A DNA stretch of 64,000 nt from Octopus sinensis (Eukaryota), in the NCBI RefSeq assembly GCF_006345805.1, contig NC_043007.1:38192001-38256000 (forward strand), in the 5' to 3' direction. The translations under genes were made by a program, and so were the position numbers. The notes beneath the pieces are model-generated. The model made no database searches. It had not been told where the DNA came from and saw only the letters and a program-made list of their open reading frames with translations. This document shows positions 1-13,000 of the stretch, one piece after another; positions within the stretch are counted from its first letter, which is position 1, and each line of letters begins with the position of its first letter.

Positions 1-270
1 CAGTTTCGATTCCTAGACCGGGCGTTGTGAGTGTTTATTGAGCAAAAACATCTAAAGCTCCACGAGTCTCCGGCAGAGGGTGGTGGCGATCCCTGCTGTA
101 CTCTTTCACCACAACTTTCTCTCACTCTTTCTTCTGTTGGCCTGCTCGCTTAGCCAGCGGGGTGGCTTCATTTTGGAGGCTAAAACAATGCAAAGCGCAT
201 TGTGACCAGCGATGTGTAACGACATCTGATAGCCTGGTCGGTCACAGTGATGTATGTATGTATGTATATG
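1..270 (+). mobile_element. tRNA-derived SINE (family E), 5'-cut by window edge
   Basis: B-box-like GTTTCGATTCC at 3-13 and (TATG)n tail. A homologous copy lies on the - strand at about 49150-49320. Confidence 0.55.
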
Positions 271-299
271 ATGGACTCTCCCATTGGTTTCGATGTATG

Positions 300-2385
300 A
301 GGCTCCAACAATGTACTCTTTCTCTGTCAGTCATAATGCTTATGTTGAATGTGACATTTAAGTCCCATCGACGATTTGCAAAGGAGGCCATGGGTGTTGC
401 AAGTATGAGGATTACAGATCAGTGCAGGTGATATATTTGCAGCCACTTTTCTCCTTTTCCTTGCACACCAAAGCCTGTTAATGTTGGTTGCAGCAAAATT
501 TTTAATACCATTTTGACACAATCTCTATTTTGTTCATTCCAAGGCTGCTTGCTCAAAAGTGTTGTGAGCTATCTTCATCTCTAAGAGGTTAGTCTTCAGC
601 TTACTTATATATTTAAGCCATGGTCAACCAACAATCTTGTGCCCACTCTCAAGCTGGCTGTACATGAGGACTTTGGGTATTCTTTTGACACTTATTCTGA
701 TGACATGGCCAGCCCAGTGTGATTGTGATTGTATAAGGAAGCTCTCAATTCCCCCAATCTTACACTTACTAAACAGATCGCCATTAGAAACTTTGTCTTT
801 TAGTGAATAACCACAGATTGTCCTCAGATAGTCTTTGTGGAAGATGTCTAGTTGGTTAATGTGTCATCTATAGGGTATCCACGATTCTGAGCTATACAAG
901 AGAGTAGTAAGAATGGTTGCTTTATAGACCTGTTCTTTGGTGTCAAGTTTGATGCTCCTTTCATTCCATAGGTGATGACAGAGTTTGCCAAATGCATTGG
1001 TTGCCTTTGCAAGACGGTTGATGGTTTCATCATCGTGGGAAGCACTCAAATTCACTTTACTACCAAGATGACTTCACATAATTTAGGCTTTTCACATTAA
1101 CCTGTATAGGAGTGTTAGGAAAATTGTGAACCAGTAGCCTCTAGTTGACCCCTCGAATTTGTTTAGGAGTAGGGCAAGGTTTGTGATTTACTTCTATCTT
1201 CTTTGACTATCTGCTGATGGTCAAACCAAAGGCTTTATGTGCAGCAGAAAACCGGTCTAGAAGTTTCTGAGCTTCGTCTAAAGAGGTCGCTACTGGTGCA
1301 GCAGCATCTGCAAAAAGTAGATCACAAATGATACTGGTGCATAGCACTGATCTGGCTTTGAAACACTGATGATTGAATAGTCCACCACTTGTTCGAAACT
1401 GGAATTTAATACCATTTTTTTTTGTCACCAAAAGCAAACCTCAGCATCACTGAAAAGAAGAGAGTATAAACAAAATAGGGGCCATAACACAACCTTGCTT
1501 TGTGCTGTTTGTAACATTGAAGGAAGTCAAAGATTCCCTACTGTCTTCATTCCCTCATGAAAGGAGATGATAACATTCAATACCTTGTCAGGTATACCAA
1601 GCTTTTTCAGAACTTTCCATAGTGCTTGCTGGTTAACAGTGTCAACAGCCTTAGTAAGGTCAACGAATATCAAGAACAACACTTGATTTTTCTCACATAC
1701 CTTCTCCATGACCTGTCAGAGAGAAAAGATCATGTTGATAGTGCCATGACCAGAGTGAAATCTGCACAGTGATTCTGGATAGATATCATTTACAACATGT
1801 TCGATGATCCTGTCAAGAATGAGTCAAGCAAGAATCTTACCAGCAATAGACAGAAGTAATATTCCATGATGATTATCACAGACACTTCGGTTTCCTTTGT
1901 TCTTATAAAGATGCTGATTTGAGGCATCCTTGAAGTCCTGTGGTACATAGCCTACCATCTAAATGTTTATGAAGAGGTCATGCAGTTTCTTAGAAAACTT
2001 CTGTCCACCATGAATTAAAATTTCAGGAATGATAGCATCCCTGCCAGAAGAGGTCTGTTTAATAGAGTTTACCACTTCCAGGAAGATTGGCTCCAGAGAC
2101 AGTTCTGGTATTTCAGAGTGCTGTGAAACAGACATTATGACATCAGCATTAGTGACTGAGGTGGAGTTCAACACGGCTTCAATGTGATCTTTCCCTCATT
2201 TCAGGATGTCAGATTTGTCAGTCAACAGTGTCTCTCTATCTGATGAAAAAAATAGGAGTAACACCATGCTCTTGAAGACCATACACTTTCTTGAAACCAT
2301 CATAAAAGGCTTTAGAATCCTTTCTGTCTGCAGCTTCTTAAAGTTCAGTAACCTTGAAAGACCTCAAAGCCATCTTCATATTGTA
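300..2385 (-). mobile_element. Decayed RTE-clade non-LTR retrotransposon (RT plus C-terminal C2H2-like motif)
   Basis: Frameshifted fragments: AADRKDSKAFYDGFKKVYG, IFVDLTKAVDTVNQQALWKVL, FRTSGGLFN..DLLFAD, INRLAKATNAFGKL..TLLYSSESW, CKSSMGLKCHIQHKH. Confidence 0.88.
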
Positions 2386-2592
2386 TTCACCTCAATAGAC
2401 GTCATTGATTGGTTGAAATTGCCGAAATGCAAGAAATTAAACAACAAATAGCTTACAAACTACAGAATTTTCTCAAGAAAGCCAAGAGAAAAAGATGTTT
2501 TATATAACACACTACCAGTATACGAAGTTTAAAAGTGTTTAGTTACAAAGAAATTATTTTTAAAATCTGCCAGTCAAAGTGAAAAGATCCAT
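2385..2592 (-). mobile_element. Partial copy of the TIR element at 56937-57359
   Basis: Reverse complement matches GGATCTTTTC..TTTGA.TGGCAG and the internal sequence of the 56937 element. Confidence 0.6.
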
Positions 2593-3304
2593 GCTTGTAT
2601 CTGTTTGTATTCACATCATGTGATTGTAAAATCAATGTCATTCAATTCCAATATTTTGTGAAAACATGTTTGTCTATGCGGAATTATTACCTTGCTTAGA
2701 GACAACTGAGGGTTGGCTAATTTCACGTGATTATTTCCTCTTCTCATTCAGAGTTTGTCACAATCTTCACTAGGCGTTTGATTACCTTCTGAAGAAAAAA
2801 TAATTTCAATAAATCAAAAATTTATTTATTTCACAAATTCATGGCACTGGCTCATCTGAATTATTTCCCTTGGTTCATTTTCGTTTCATTTATGTAAATT
2901 ACCCTTGACCATAAATGTTTTCTACTCCTTTTTGACTATGTCTAAGTGTCTTATCTGCTGAAGATAAGGTAGGACAATTGCTGTGTTAATGATGCTTACT
3001 GAGACAGAAACACTTGTTGAGATCTGATTGTTCCCAGACAATCAGATTGTCTTTTCCTTAATGGCATGTCAATTTTAGAGTATTTTTTCATGAGATGGTT
3101 TCCTATTCTCAGTTGGAGTTGGTACTAATTGCCACCAAGTGATCGGTCTATCCTCTCTCGAAACGAAGGAAATTTGAATAATACTCTATCGAAATGAGGG
3201 TAATTTGAATAAATCAAGAATTTATCTTGTCGGTTATTTAATATAGCTTTACTCATCTTTGTTCAAATACATGCCATTTCTCAGTTTATTTTCATTTTAA
3301 TTTC

Positions 3305-3316
3305 GTGTGTGCGTGC

Positions 3317-3363
<47 letters not shown>

Positions 3364-3430
3364 CGTGCGTGTGTGTGCGTGCGTGCGTGTGTGTGTATGT
3401 ATGTGTGTGTGCGTGCGTGTGTGTGTGTGC
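3305..3430. repeat. Compound (GT)n/(GTGC)n microsatellite
   Basis: Seen directly; it produces the spurious ORFs 3292..3651 and 3307..3591. Confidence 0.95.
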
Positions 3431-3638
3431 CTGCGCGCATATGTAAGAAAGAGAACGAGAGAATAATTAATCTCCGAGAATATGCCTATATATATACACA
3501 CACACACACACAATTTTTTTCTATGCAGTTGAAATTGAACAGTGGCAAAATACCACACGCGCTCTTTTTTCTCTGTAAAATATATAAGTGAATAAATTAA
3601 AAACTGAAGAAATAAAACAAAGGAGTGAGATGCAACCC

Positions 3639-3760
3639 GGATTCGAACCATCCCGATGCAGATTCTAGATCCAATCCAAGTTTTACTGACAACAACAAGT
3701 GGGGGCGGTCAAAGGTAAACAAAATATGATATCATGTGACATTACTAAAATGGCCGTCTG
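3639..3760 (+). promoter_or_regulatory. Putative TATA-less promoter of ZFYVE26
   Basis: Locally CpG-richer patch upstream of the ATG. It contains CCAAT (3671-3675), GC box GGGGGCGG (3701-3708), M-box/CLEAR-like ATCATGTGAC (3731-3740) and YY1-like AAAATGGCCG (3747-3756). TSS not determinable. Confidence 0.4.
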
Positions 3761-3900
3761 TAACGAAAGTTGCGTGTCGGATATATGTAGTAGCGCTTCT
3801 ATGGCGTTAGAACATTCATCAATATTACAGTTTACTTTGTTTTCTACGGAGAAATAAAAACAATCTTGATATTACTTGCTACAGATTGCCTTCGTCAACA

Positions 3901-4127
3901 ATGAAGACTTCCAATCATGTGGCTGTTGCTTCTCAAGCCTTCCCGTTCGGTAACGAACTGAGAGAAAGTGTGCGCCTTCTGTTTAGGTTTTTCTGCAACA
4001 ACATCTATCTTGGACAGTTCGAGTTGGCTCGCGCATGTGTTCCTTATTTGGCGCAGCACGGGACCCATTATGGGGTCGACATCGGCCAAATCCTTAAGCA
4101 GATTGTGGAGTACCCGTATGGTCGTAG
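3901..4127 (+). CDS. ZFYVE26: Spastizin coding exon 1
   Basis: ATG at 3901, MKTSNHVAVASQAFPFGNELRES...EYPYGR; donor AG|gtaaga, phase 2. A possible acceptor (ttgctacag, ends 3884) suggests an upstream UTR exon. Confidence 0.88.
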
Positions 4128-7100
4128 GTAAGAAAGCGTGTTTATTATTATTTTTTCTTCTGTAAATGCAACATAGTTTGGTCTGATATGTATACGTTCG
4201 AAAATTCATTCCGTCGCTTCAAAACCGATATTATTTTTGTCACTTGGAGGATCGCACTTCGCGAAAAACTAAGGAATCATCAGCTTCGAACAAATACATA
4301 AACCCTACGACATGTTATGGAGTTCTCTTTCTTCCATATATACATGTGTGTTTGTCAGCATTACTTTGCCCAGACATGAGGTTCAATCGGTCGTTTGGTT
4401 GTCAATAATCCTTAATTTATGAAATTCTTTTTCTAGTATACGACAAACATATATCGAACTTTTCACACACACACATTGAGTTAAATTTATCTGGACATTC
4501 GCTCAGCCTACATGATTTTTGTTTTAGGCACCAAACTGAAACTAGCGCAAGAAATACTTTCTTATAATACAGAAGTAGTTTTTATTCCGAAAATAATCGA
4601 CCATTATAATATATATATATATATAAATAATTTGAATTGGATGTGTTCTTTACTTTCTACTATCAAAATCTAAGTCCATCGCAAAAGAAACTATAGCTTA
4701 CAAAAACTAGCTCTCAGAATTCTCTTACACGCCTTTTCCAGTAGACTAATTCTGGTAAATGCATTTTAATGTTTTAAGCCTATCTCCATTTACTGTAGTT
4801 TAGGAAATGTACTAACGAAGTAACAGAAATGTTAGAAATAGAAACCTAGTTTCCCTTTAATTATATCATACTCTCTTCAATGAATGATTGGATAAGTCGG
4901 TAAATTTTTACTGGTAAAAATCTACCGACTTAACTACATGTAAATACATTACTGCCCTATACCTTAGAGTGTATTTCTTTTACGGATAGACGACACACAA
5001 GACGGATGATCACGACCAGTGCGCCTCTGATTATACCTCTGCTTGATCAGGTCTGATTTGGTGCTAAATAACAACTGGCAAGTGTTGATTTGTCGTGTTT
5101 TCATAAACTGAATGAAACAAGTGCGACACATACACGATCCGTAAAGAGAAGTTGAAGACAAGTTGATATTTGATTCTCGCTGTATAATATTGCAGTTAAC
5201 TTTTTTTTTAATTAAAATGAATTATACTTATTTTACTTCGTAATCGCTTTTTTTTTTTTACCATTATTAACAATTATTTATTTAGCCTTCACTTTGATTA
5301 CATGCAATTTGTTTCAGTGCTCGCCATCTTATATGTCCAAAGTTCGAAAGATTTGTCTCATTCCCTTTTATGATACAACTATTAGTTTTAGGGCTGTAAT
5401 CTTGGAGATAGGACTGATTGTTAGGAAAAGAATGCGCCTAAGTGCCAATAAATTTGAGATAATGATTTCCCACACATGAAGAAAGAGAGCAACTGAAAAT
5501 GTGAGGAAAGAAATCATTAATTGATTATCATTAGTTAATTGAACTGTAGAACCATAGACCTCAACTTGATACACACACGTGACAGAGGAAGCCTTTACAT
5601 GCTTTCTGAACTGGCTAGAAATGACAGCCTAATATCCTTCACACTGCATTCTACTATCTTAAGTAAAGGATGGCACCACTTCAGCATGCAGTCTGCCAAG
5701 CTATTTACACTTTAGCATGCAGTCTAAACTTAATGCTAATCCTTAAATCTAATCCTAACCCAGATCACGTCATTTCACAGCATAGACTAGTGTGATAGAC
5801 TGCATGCAAAAGTAGCACCTAAAGGATATATCAGATAATTAATTCTACAAACTTTTGTGTTTAGAGTTATACCAGTCTCTGAACTGGGTCAATTCTACAA
5901 AGTCTTGAAAGGCCCTCAGCATTTCAATATCTTGCCAAAGAAATTGAGAATGCTCCTAAAGGTATAAATCATGGTGGGAATGCCTTTGGTCATGGAGTGA
6001 AGATTGTTTACCAACATAACATGGCAGTCCTGGTTTAGGATGAATGTTGCTGTAATTTAACCCCAGGAGACATTGTCTCCTGCTGGCTTTACGACATGAT
6101 CTGTGCCCTTATATTTTCGAACAAGGGAATCTAGCACCCCCACTCAGCTCAAAACTATATCTGTGTATCGCGATTTCCAGGTTATTTCCCTTCATCGGCA
6201 CAGAATAATTGTTCGGCTACAGGTGGTGCTGCCAAATTCCTGTTTGACATATACAGTTTTCAAAGTGACAACTAGTCACTGATCTATAAATTTGAAAATT
6301 ACTATTTGGACTGCCATGTTATGTTGGCAAACAATCTTCACTCAAAAGTACTGTTGCTGAATATCTCTTGTGAGATTTACAAATAGTAATTTCCTAAGCC
6401 TTTGGTCATAGTCTGCTGAGCCAGGAGAGATCATGAATGGAATGCTTTTGACCATAAATCCGTTTGGTCAGGACTGAACTGGGAATAAACAACTACATAA
6501 AATTATCTAACTTTAAAAAAAAGATGAAACTAAAAATCCTAGTGGCACTTTTTAGGGACAGTTAGTGTGAGGGCTTTATTTTTTCTATCTAAGAGTTAAA
6601 TGAATAGTATTCAGTACATCAAACTAACTTATCTATCTAAATTTATACTACTGGCCCATTTGAGTTATTTTCTTTGGTTGTTTTATTTTTCTAGTTATCT
6701 TAACTTGATTCTCTTTTAGAGCATGTAACAGATACCACCTGTTGATAGATATAATACCTACTCACACTGAATGTGTGAATTATATAAGTATGTAATTTTA
6801 CCTAGTAACGATGGTGATTTATTTCATAATAATAAACATCACAGGCATGACTGTGTGCTTCCCAACCACATGGTCTCAGATGAATTCAGTCTTCCACTCT
6901 AGCCTTGGGCCAACCAAAGCTTTGTGAATGGATTTGGTAGACAGAAACTGATAGAAGTCCATTGTATATTTTTTGTGTGCAAAAGACAACAAGCTGGCAG
7001 AATCATTTGCATGTTGGGCAAAATGCTTAGCAGCATTTTGTCTGTCTTTATGTTTAAGTTCAAATTCTATTGAGGCTGACTTTGCCTTTCATCCCTTAAG

Positions 7101-10040
7101 TTCAGTGCTGGGATTGATGTAATCAGCTTACCTCCTCCTCTGAACTTGCTGGCTTTGTACCAAAATTTGAAATCAGTATTTAGTTAGGACTTTATATATT
7201 CTGAGTTCAACTGCCATTGGAGTTAACATTGCCTTTCAACCTTCAGAGAAGTCAATCAAACAAAGTACCAGTGAAGTACTGAAGTTGATATAATCAACAT
7301 CATCCTCCATCAAAATGTACATTTTGTTCCTATATTAAAACTCATTCATATCAAGAAAATGTTGACAGAATTAGTTAAAATGTCAAAATACCTTGTGGTA
7401 TTTAGTTATGTAAAATCCCTCAAATTGTATCTTTCATTTCTCAAGGATTGATATCAAGTCAAGTACTGAGTTGATTTAAGCTATTGTTTTTTCCTCAAAA
7501 ATTTGATTTTATGCAAATGTACAAAATCAATCCCACTATTGTACTGGGTGGTAGGAAAATATGGCACAGTGGAACAAATGTCTTTGCAGTATTTAATTAT
7601 ATCCTTTTTAACATTTTGGGTTCAAATCCTGCTAAATGAATGTCTTCTTCACAATCTGTATTTGGGTCAGCTTCTTGGTTTAAGGATATCTCCTGCTTTG
7701 TCACTAGTCTTGGAGAACCTGTAGAGAGTCACAAGGACTGCTCTTCCTCGTTATTATAGATTTACAGAAGGGTCCACCACATCCCTGCCTGTTGGTGACC
7801 AGAAGGGTTGGTAACAGCAAGGGCATCTGAACATAAGACATAAAATACCAGACAAGCTGTGTTAGTATGGAAAAGTGATCATGAAACACTGATGAATGTT
7901 GATCTAAAAGAGAAACCAAATATAATTGTCACTGTCACCATCATCATATAAGAATTTTGTTATTAGAAGAATTTAGATCATGCTTCAAAAACGACACAAC
8001 TCTGTTTTTTTTCTATAAGGCCTGTTTGTAGTTGAAGGAGGACCTGGAGGGAAAATAATAGATGGCATTGTCAGAAATGTAGCTATGTATCTTATCTTTT
8101 ACTTGTTTTCACTTGTTGGACTGTGGTGTTATTGGGGAACTACCTTGGAGGGTTTAGCCACACATATTGACCCCACAACAGGGATGTAAATGAACCAACA
8201 CTGGTTGTCAGGTGGTACAGGAGAGTGGATGGAGGACTAACGCAAAGACACACATCACACGCACACACACACGCACACAGAGGAAGCGCTTCCATCTGCT
8301 AAATTCACTCGCAAGGCGTTGTTGGATCCAAAGCTATAATAGAAGACACCTAAGGTGCTGCACAGTGGAACTAGACCCAAAAAGTAACATGGTTGCAAAG
8401 TGAGCTTCTTAACAACACAGCTATGCCTATTAAACCCTAGTCCAAATACTTGCAACAGGACGAGCTTTCTAAAGACACTCATTGATAATATGGTGAAAGA
8501 GTTAGGTCTACATCTGCCTTCTACTTGGTCATTATTTACTATATAGTAGTCCTTAAAGTTGTGATACTAAACCTAAGGTGGCATGTAGAACTAAGTAATA
8601 TCATAAAACCATAGCCATCACCCACAAGTGGGTATGATCTGGTTAGCATGTACTATGTTTCCATTAATTGTAGTTATAAGCAGGCGTAGACACCCTCTTG
8701 GTCTTCCCACTTCTTGTCCCAGCAGAACATGGGTGATATAACAGCTGAAGAGAAAACAGTCTGGACCAGAATTAGGTTTGTGTTCATTTTTAGCTAAGTA
8801 GACTGAAATAATGGCAATTGAAGTGCTTTGCATCATCCAGTACAGGAATTGAAACCACAACTTTGTGATCATGGTCCAACGCCCTAACCATTAGCCCACA
8901 GTGTTCATGTCAATAACTAAGAAAAAACAGGGCAGCAGATTGTTAGAATATTTAGGTTGTTGGTCACAATGCTTTGTGGTATTCAGTTATGGCCATTTAC
9001 ATTATGAAGCCTTTCATCATTCCAGGTTCAATAAAATGAAGTACCAAGTACTTTATTTCATCAAATATTGGGGTAGATGTAATCAACTGTGGCCTTGTAT
9101 CAATGTTAGAAATCACTAATTTAAAAAAAGTTTTTTTATGTAATAGACATCGTTACTTTCCTTACACCATAAGAGGCCTTTAAGAGCTGGTGTTTAGCTG
9201 TAATTTTCATCATGTGAATCAAATGAATGATTTAAAAAAAAATATATATTCCTCTATGATAGGTTACCAGTCTCTCACAAGTAATGTTCCCAAATACTCA
9301 GATACATATTTGGCTACAGGCATGACCATGTTGTTAAAAAGTTCACTTTGAAAGGACATGTTTAATCCCAGTGTGCTGCACCTTGGGCAAGAGTCATCTA
9401 CTGTAGCCTTAGTTGTCCCAAGTCTTGTCAATGAAATTGGAAAGATGGATATTGTACAGAAGCTTGCTATATAGACTGTCACCCTTCTTGAGTCATAAAC
9501 TTAATTCATTGTTTGGATGGGTGACTACAATAGAAACCATTTTGTTGCAAGCATTTGGTCTAGATTTCATGCTGAGGATAAGCCATCAAGCATGTTTTTT
9601 TTTCTCTCTCTTTCCCTCACCAGTTGTGAAATCATAAAAAAAGTGTGACTACTCCTTCCTACTTAGCTATAAAAAATATTGCTGACATCTCATGAACAAA
9701 GTCTTGAGTCACGAGTTAGAAATCATCAACATCATTATTATAATCACCACTGTCATCATCATCACCAATCCCTGAATTCCAGATTGTTGGTCTTGTGCCC
9801 AAATTATTACTACAATTTTCTTTTATTAAAGCAGTGAGCTGGCAGAATTTTTGCTGTGTCAGGCAAAAATGCTGAGAAGCATTTTTTCTGGCTTTATGTT
9901 TTGAGTTTAAATGCCCCCAAGATCAGCTTTGCTTTTCATCTTTTGGAGGTCATTAAAATAAGTATCAGTTAGGTATTGGGGTCAGTATAATTCACTACCC
10001 CCTCCCCCAAATTTCAGGCCTTGTGCCTATAGTAGAAAGG

Positions 10041-10079
<39 letters not shown>

Positions 10080-13000
10080 TAGTCTTATTATTATCATGTG
10101 CTTTCATTGCACCACTGAGCGTAGCTCTGTGGGCCTTGGGTATGTGCTGTGATTTGTTGTGGTGTTCTTATTTTCACTGTTTTGAAAGTGCTTTATGTAG
10201 GACGTGCCCGGTGCCTAGTAGTGCTATTTGTAAGTCCTGGTGTTTTGGTTATGTATTTTTCTTTATTTTTTTTTTTTAATCATACCTAATGCACCTATTA
10301 TTATTATAGGGATTGTTTCTGTTTTTAGGCTCCACATTCAGGTTACCTCTATTCTTTAAAATTATTATTATGGCAGTGGTGATGAGCTGGCAGAATCATT
10401 AGAGTATTGACAGAGAGTGTGAGATAGATTTGTTCATATCTATTTGTCTTTCTTAATCAATGTATATTTTGTTTGTATTTTCTATACAGTGTTGGTTCCA
10501 CTCAACTAAAATCACCGCACCATCTCTCCTGGATATGTCTGCTGGAGTACCTGAAACTTGAACCTTATGAACTGAAGGTATTTTTCATGAATTCTCTCCT
10601 TACAATTATACTACCACCTCAACCAATTTCTAGGTATTACTATGAATCGTCTCCTCCTTGATCCACACCTATTTTTTTTTTATCTTCCCCACAAACTGAG
10701 ATTAGCTACTCCCCCTCCCCCCGCCAACCACTACCACTACCAACCATGTTCACCATTCACTTCTGTCATCATCTCTATCTTCTGTCACCTTCCTTTCACA
10801 CTCCTGAAAACTGACCCGCCTAGCTATACTTGATTCTTTGTCCCTGTTCTTCCTTTATTCCTCTTCTTATACATTGAAGCTATGTCCTGATACCTCATCT
10901 CTACCACCCTTTTTCCTTTTCTGGTCAGAAAGAAATGATGTATCTCCTCTACAGCAAGACACCTGTTCCTGCCTCTCTATCATGCTTTAGTCTGTCAGTG
11001 CCTAGCTCAATGCTACCTCTCTCAGTACTGCATCCTGACTCTGTCAAGGGTCTGGTCTTGCCAATTACTTAGTAACCTCACTGCTGCTGGTGCTGTGAAG
11101 AAAAGCACCCAGTACACTCCGTAAACTGGTTGGTGTTAGGAAGGGCATTCAGTCATAAAAACCTTTCCAAAGCACACATTTGAGTTCAATGTAGTCCTCA
11201 GGTTCATTGGATTTTGTCAAACTGTCCAACCGATTCCAATTTGGAATATAAGCATTAAATGGTGATAATGATTATAACTATGTATATCAGATGACCAGAT
11301 AATGCTGTTTGAAGGTGCACTGGCTCAGCAGTTAGAGTGTTAGGCTCACAATCATGAGGTAGCAAGTTTGATTCCTGTACCTGGCTGTGTGTTGTGTTCT
11401 TGAGCAAGACACTTTATTTCATGTTGCTCCAGTTCACTCAGCTGTAGAAATGAGTTGTGACATCACTGGTGCCAAGCTTTATCGGCCTTTGCCTTTCTCT
11501 TGGATAACACTGGTGGCATAAAGAGGGGAGGTGGTATGCATGGCAACTGCTGGTCTTTCATAAACAACCTTGCCTAGACTTGTGCCTTGGAGGGTAATCT
11601 TCTAGGTGCAATCCCATGATCATTTGTGACCAAAAGGGGTCTTTACTCCAGATAATGCTATATAAAAACATGTTTTGGAGACATTTTGCAGGTTGGACAC
11701 TTGATATATCTGATATGTGTGTGTGTATATATAGGTATGTATGTATGTGAATATATGTATGCGTGTATATATGTATGTATATGTGTGTGTGTGTGTTTGT
11801 GTGTGTATATATGTATGTGTATATGTATGTGTGTGTGTATATATGTATGTATATAATCTTACTTGTTTCAATCATTGAACTGCAGCCATGCTGAGGCACT
11901 GCCTTGAAAGTGATTTAAATGACTAAGTACTTATTCTTTCTTTTAAGTTTTGGTACTTATTCTATCAGACACTTTTGTTGAACTGCTAAGTTACAGGGAG
12001 GTAAAAAAACACACATGCATATCAACACTCACTCACTCACACACATACCTACACATACACTCACACATCCATGCAGTGGGCATCCACACAATTTCCATCT
12101 ACCAAATTCTCTTACAAGGCATTGGTCAGCTTTGGGCTCTAATCAAAGACACCTGGGCAAGGTACCACACAGTGGGACTGAATCTGAAATGACATGGTTG
12201 CGAAGCGAGCTTCTTATCCACACAACCATGACTGCTAAAAAACAAGATTAAGTAAAGAAAGCCCAGTAAATAGTACAGAGTCTTTAATATGATATAACAC
12301 CATGGTTATAGTATTAACCTAACAGGAATTCAGTAATTCAGAAAGTGTATTTAAAGAATTGTTACTGAATGATCAAATGTCATTACTATCACTATCATCC
12401 TCAACATTGTCATCGTCATCATCATTGTCATTGCACCTGTGACTGTGTGGTTAGAAGCTTGTTTCTTAACCACATGGTTCTGGGTTCAGTCCCACTGCGT
12501 GGCACCTTGGGCAAGTGTCTTCTACTATAACCTCGGGCCGACCAAAGCCTTGTGAGTGGATTTGGTAGACGGAAACTGAAAGAAGCCTGTCGTGTATATA
12601 TATATATATATATATCTATGTGTGTGTGTCTTTGTGTCTGTGTTTGCCCCCCCCCACCACCACCACCACCATTTGACAACTGGTGTTGGTGTGTCTACAT
12701 CCTTGTAACTTAGAGGTCCAGTAAAAGAGACCAGTAGAATAAGTACCAGGCTTTTAAAATAAATAAATACTGGGGTTGATTCATTTGACTGAAAATTTAA
12801 GGTGGTGTCCCAGCATGGCCACGGTCTAATGACTGAAACAAGTAAAAAGAAAAAAAAAAGTCTATTGCCGTCATTGTCATCAACATTTTTTTCACATTGG
12901 CACACAGTCATAATATATTTGTGGTAAATATAGATCTTAATTTCAGTTGCATGGAAATTAGGCTAATTGAGCTATATGAAGTTAAATAAATGACAAGGGA

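Noticed and set aside
3620-3700. Possible tRNA gene on the - strand
   Set aside because: B-box only; the T-stem pairs at just 3 of 5 positions, with no acceptor stem or D-arm.
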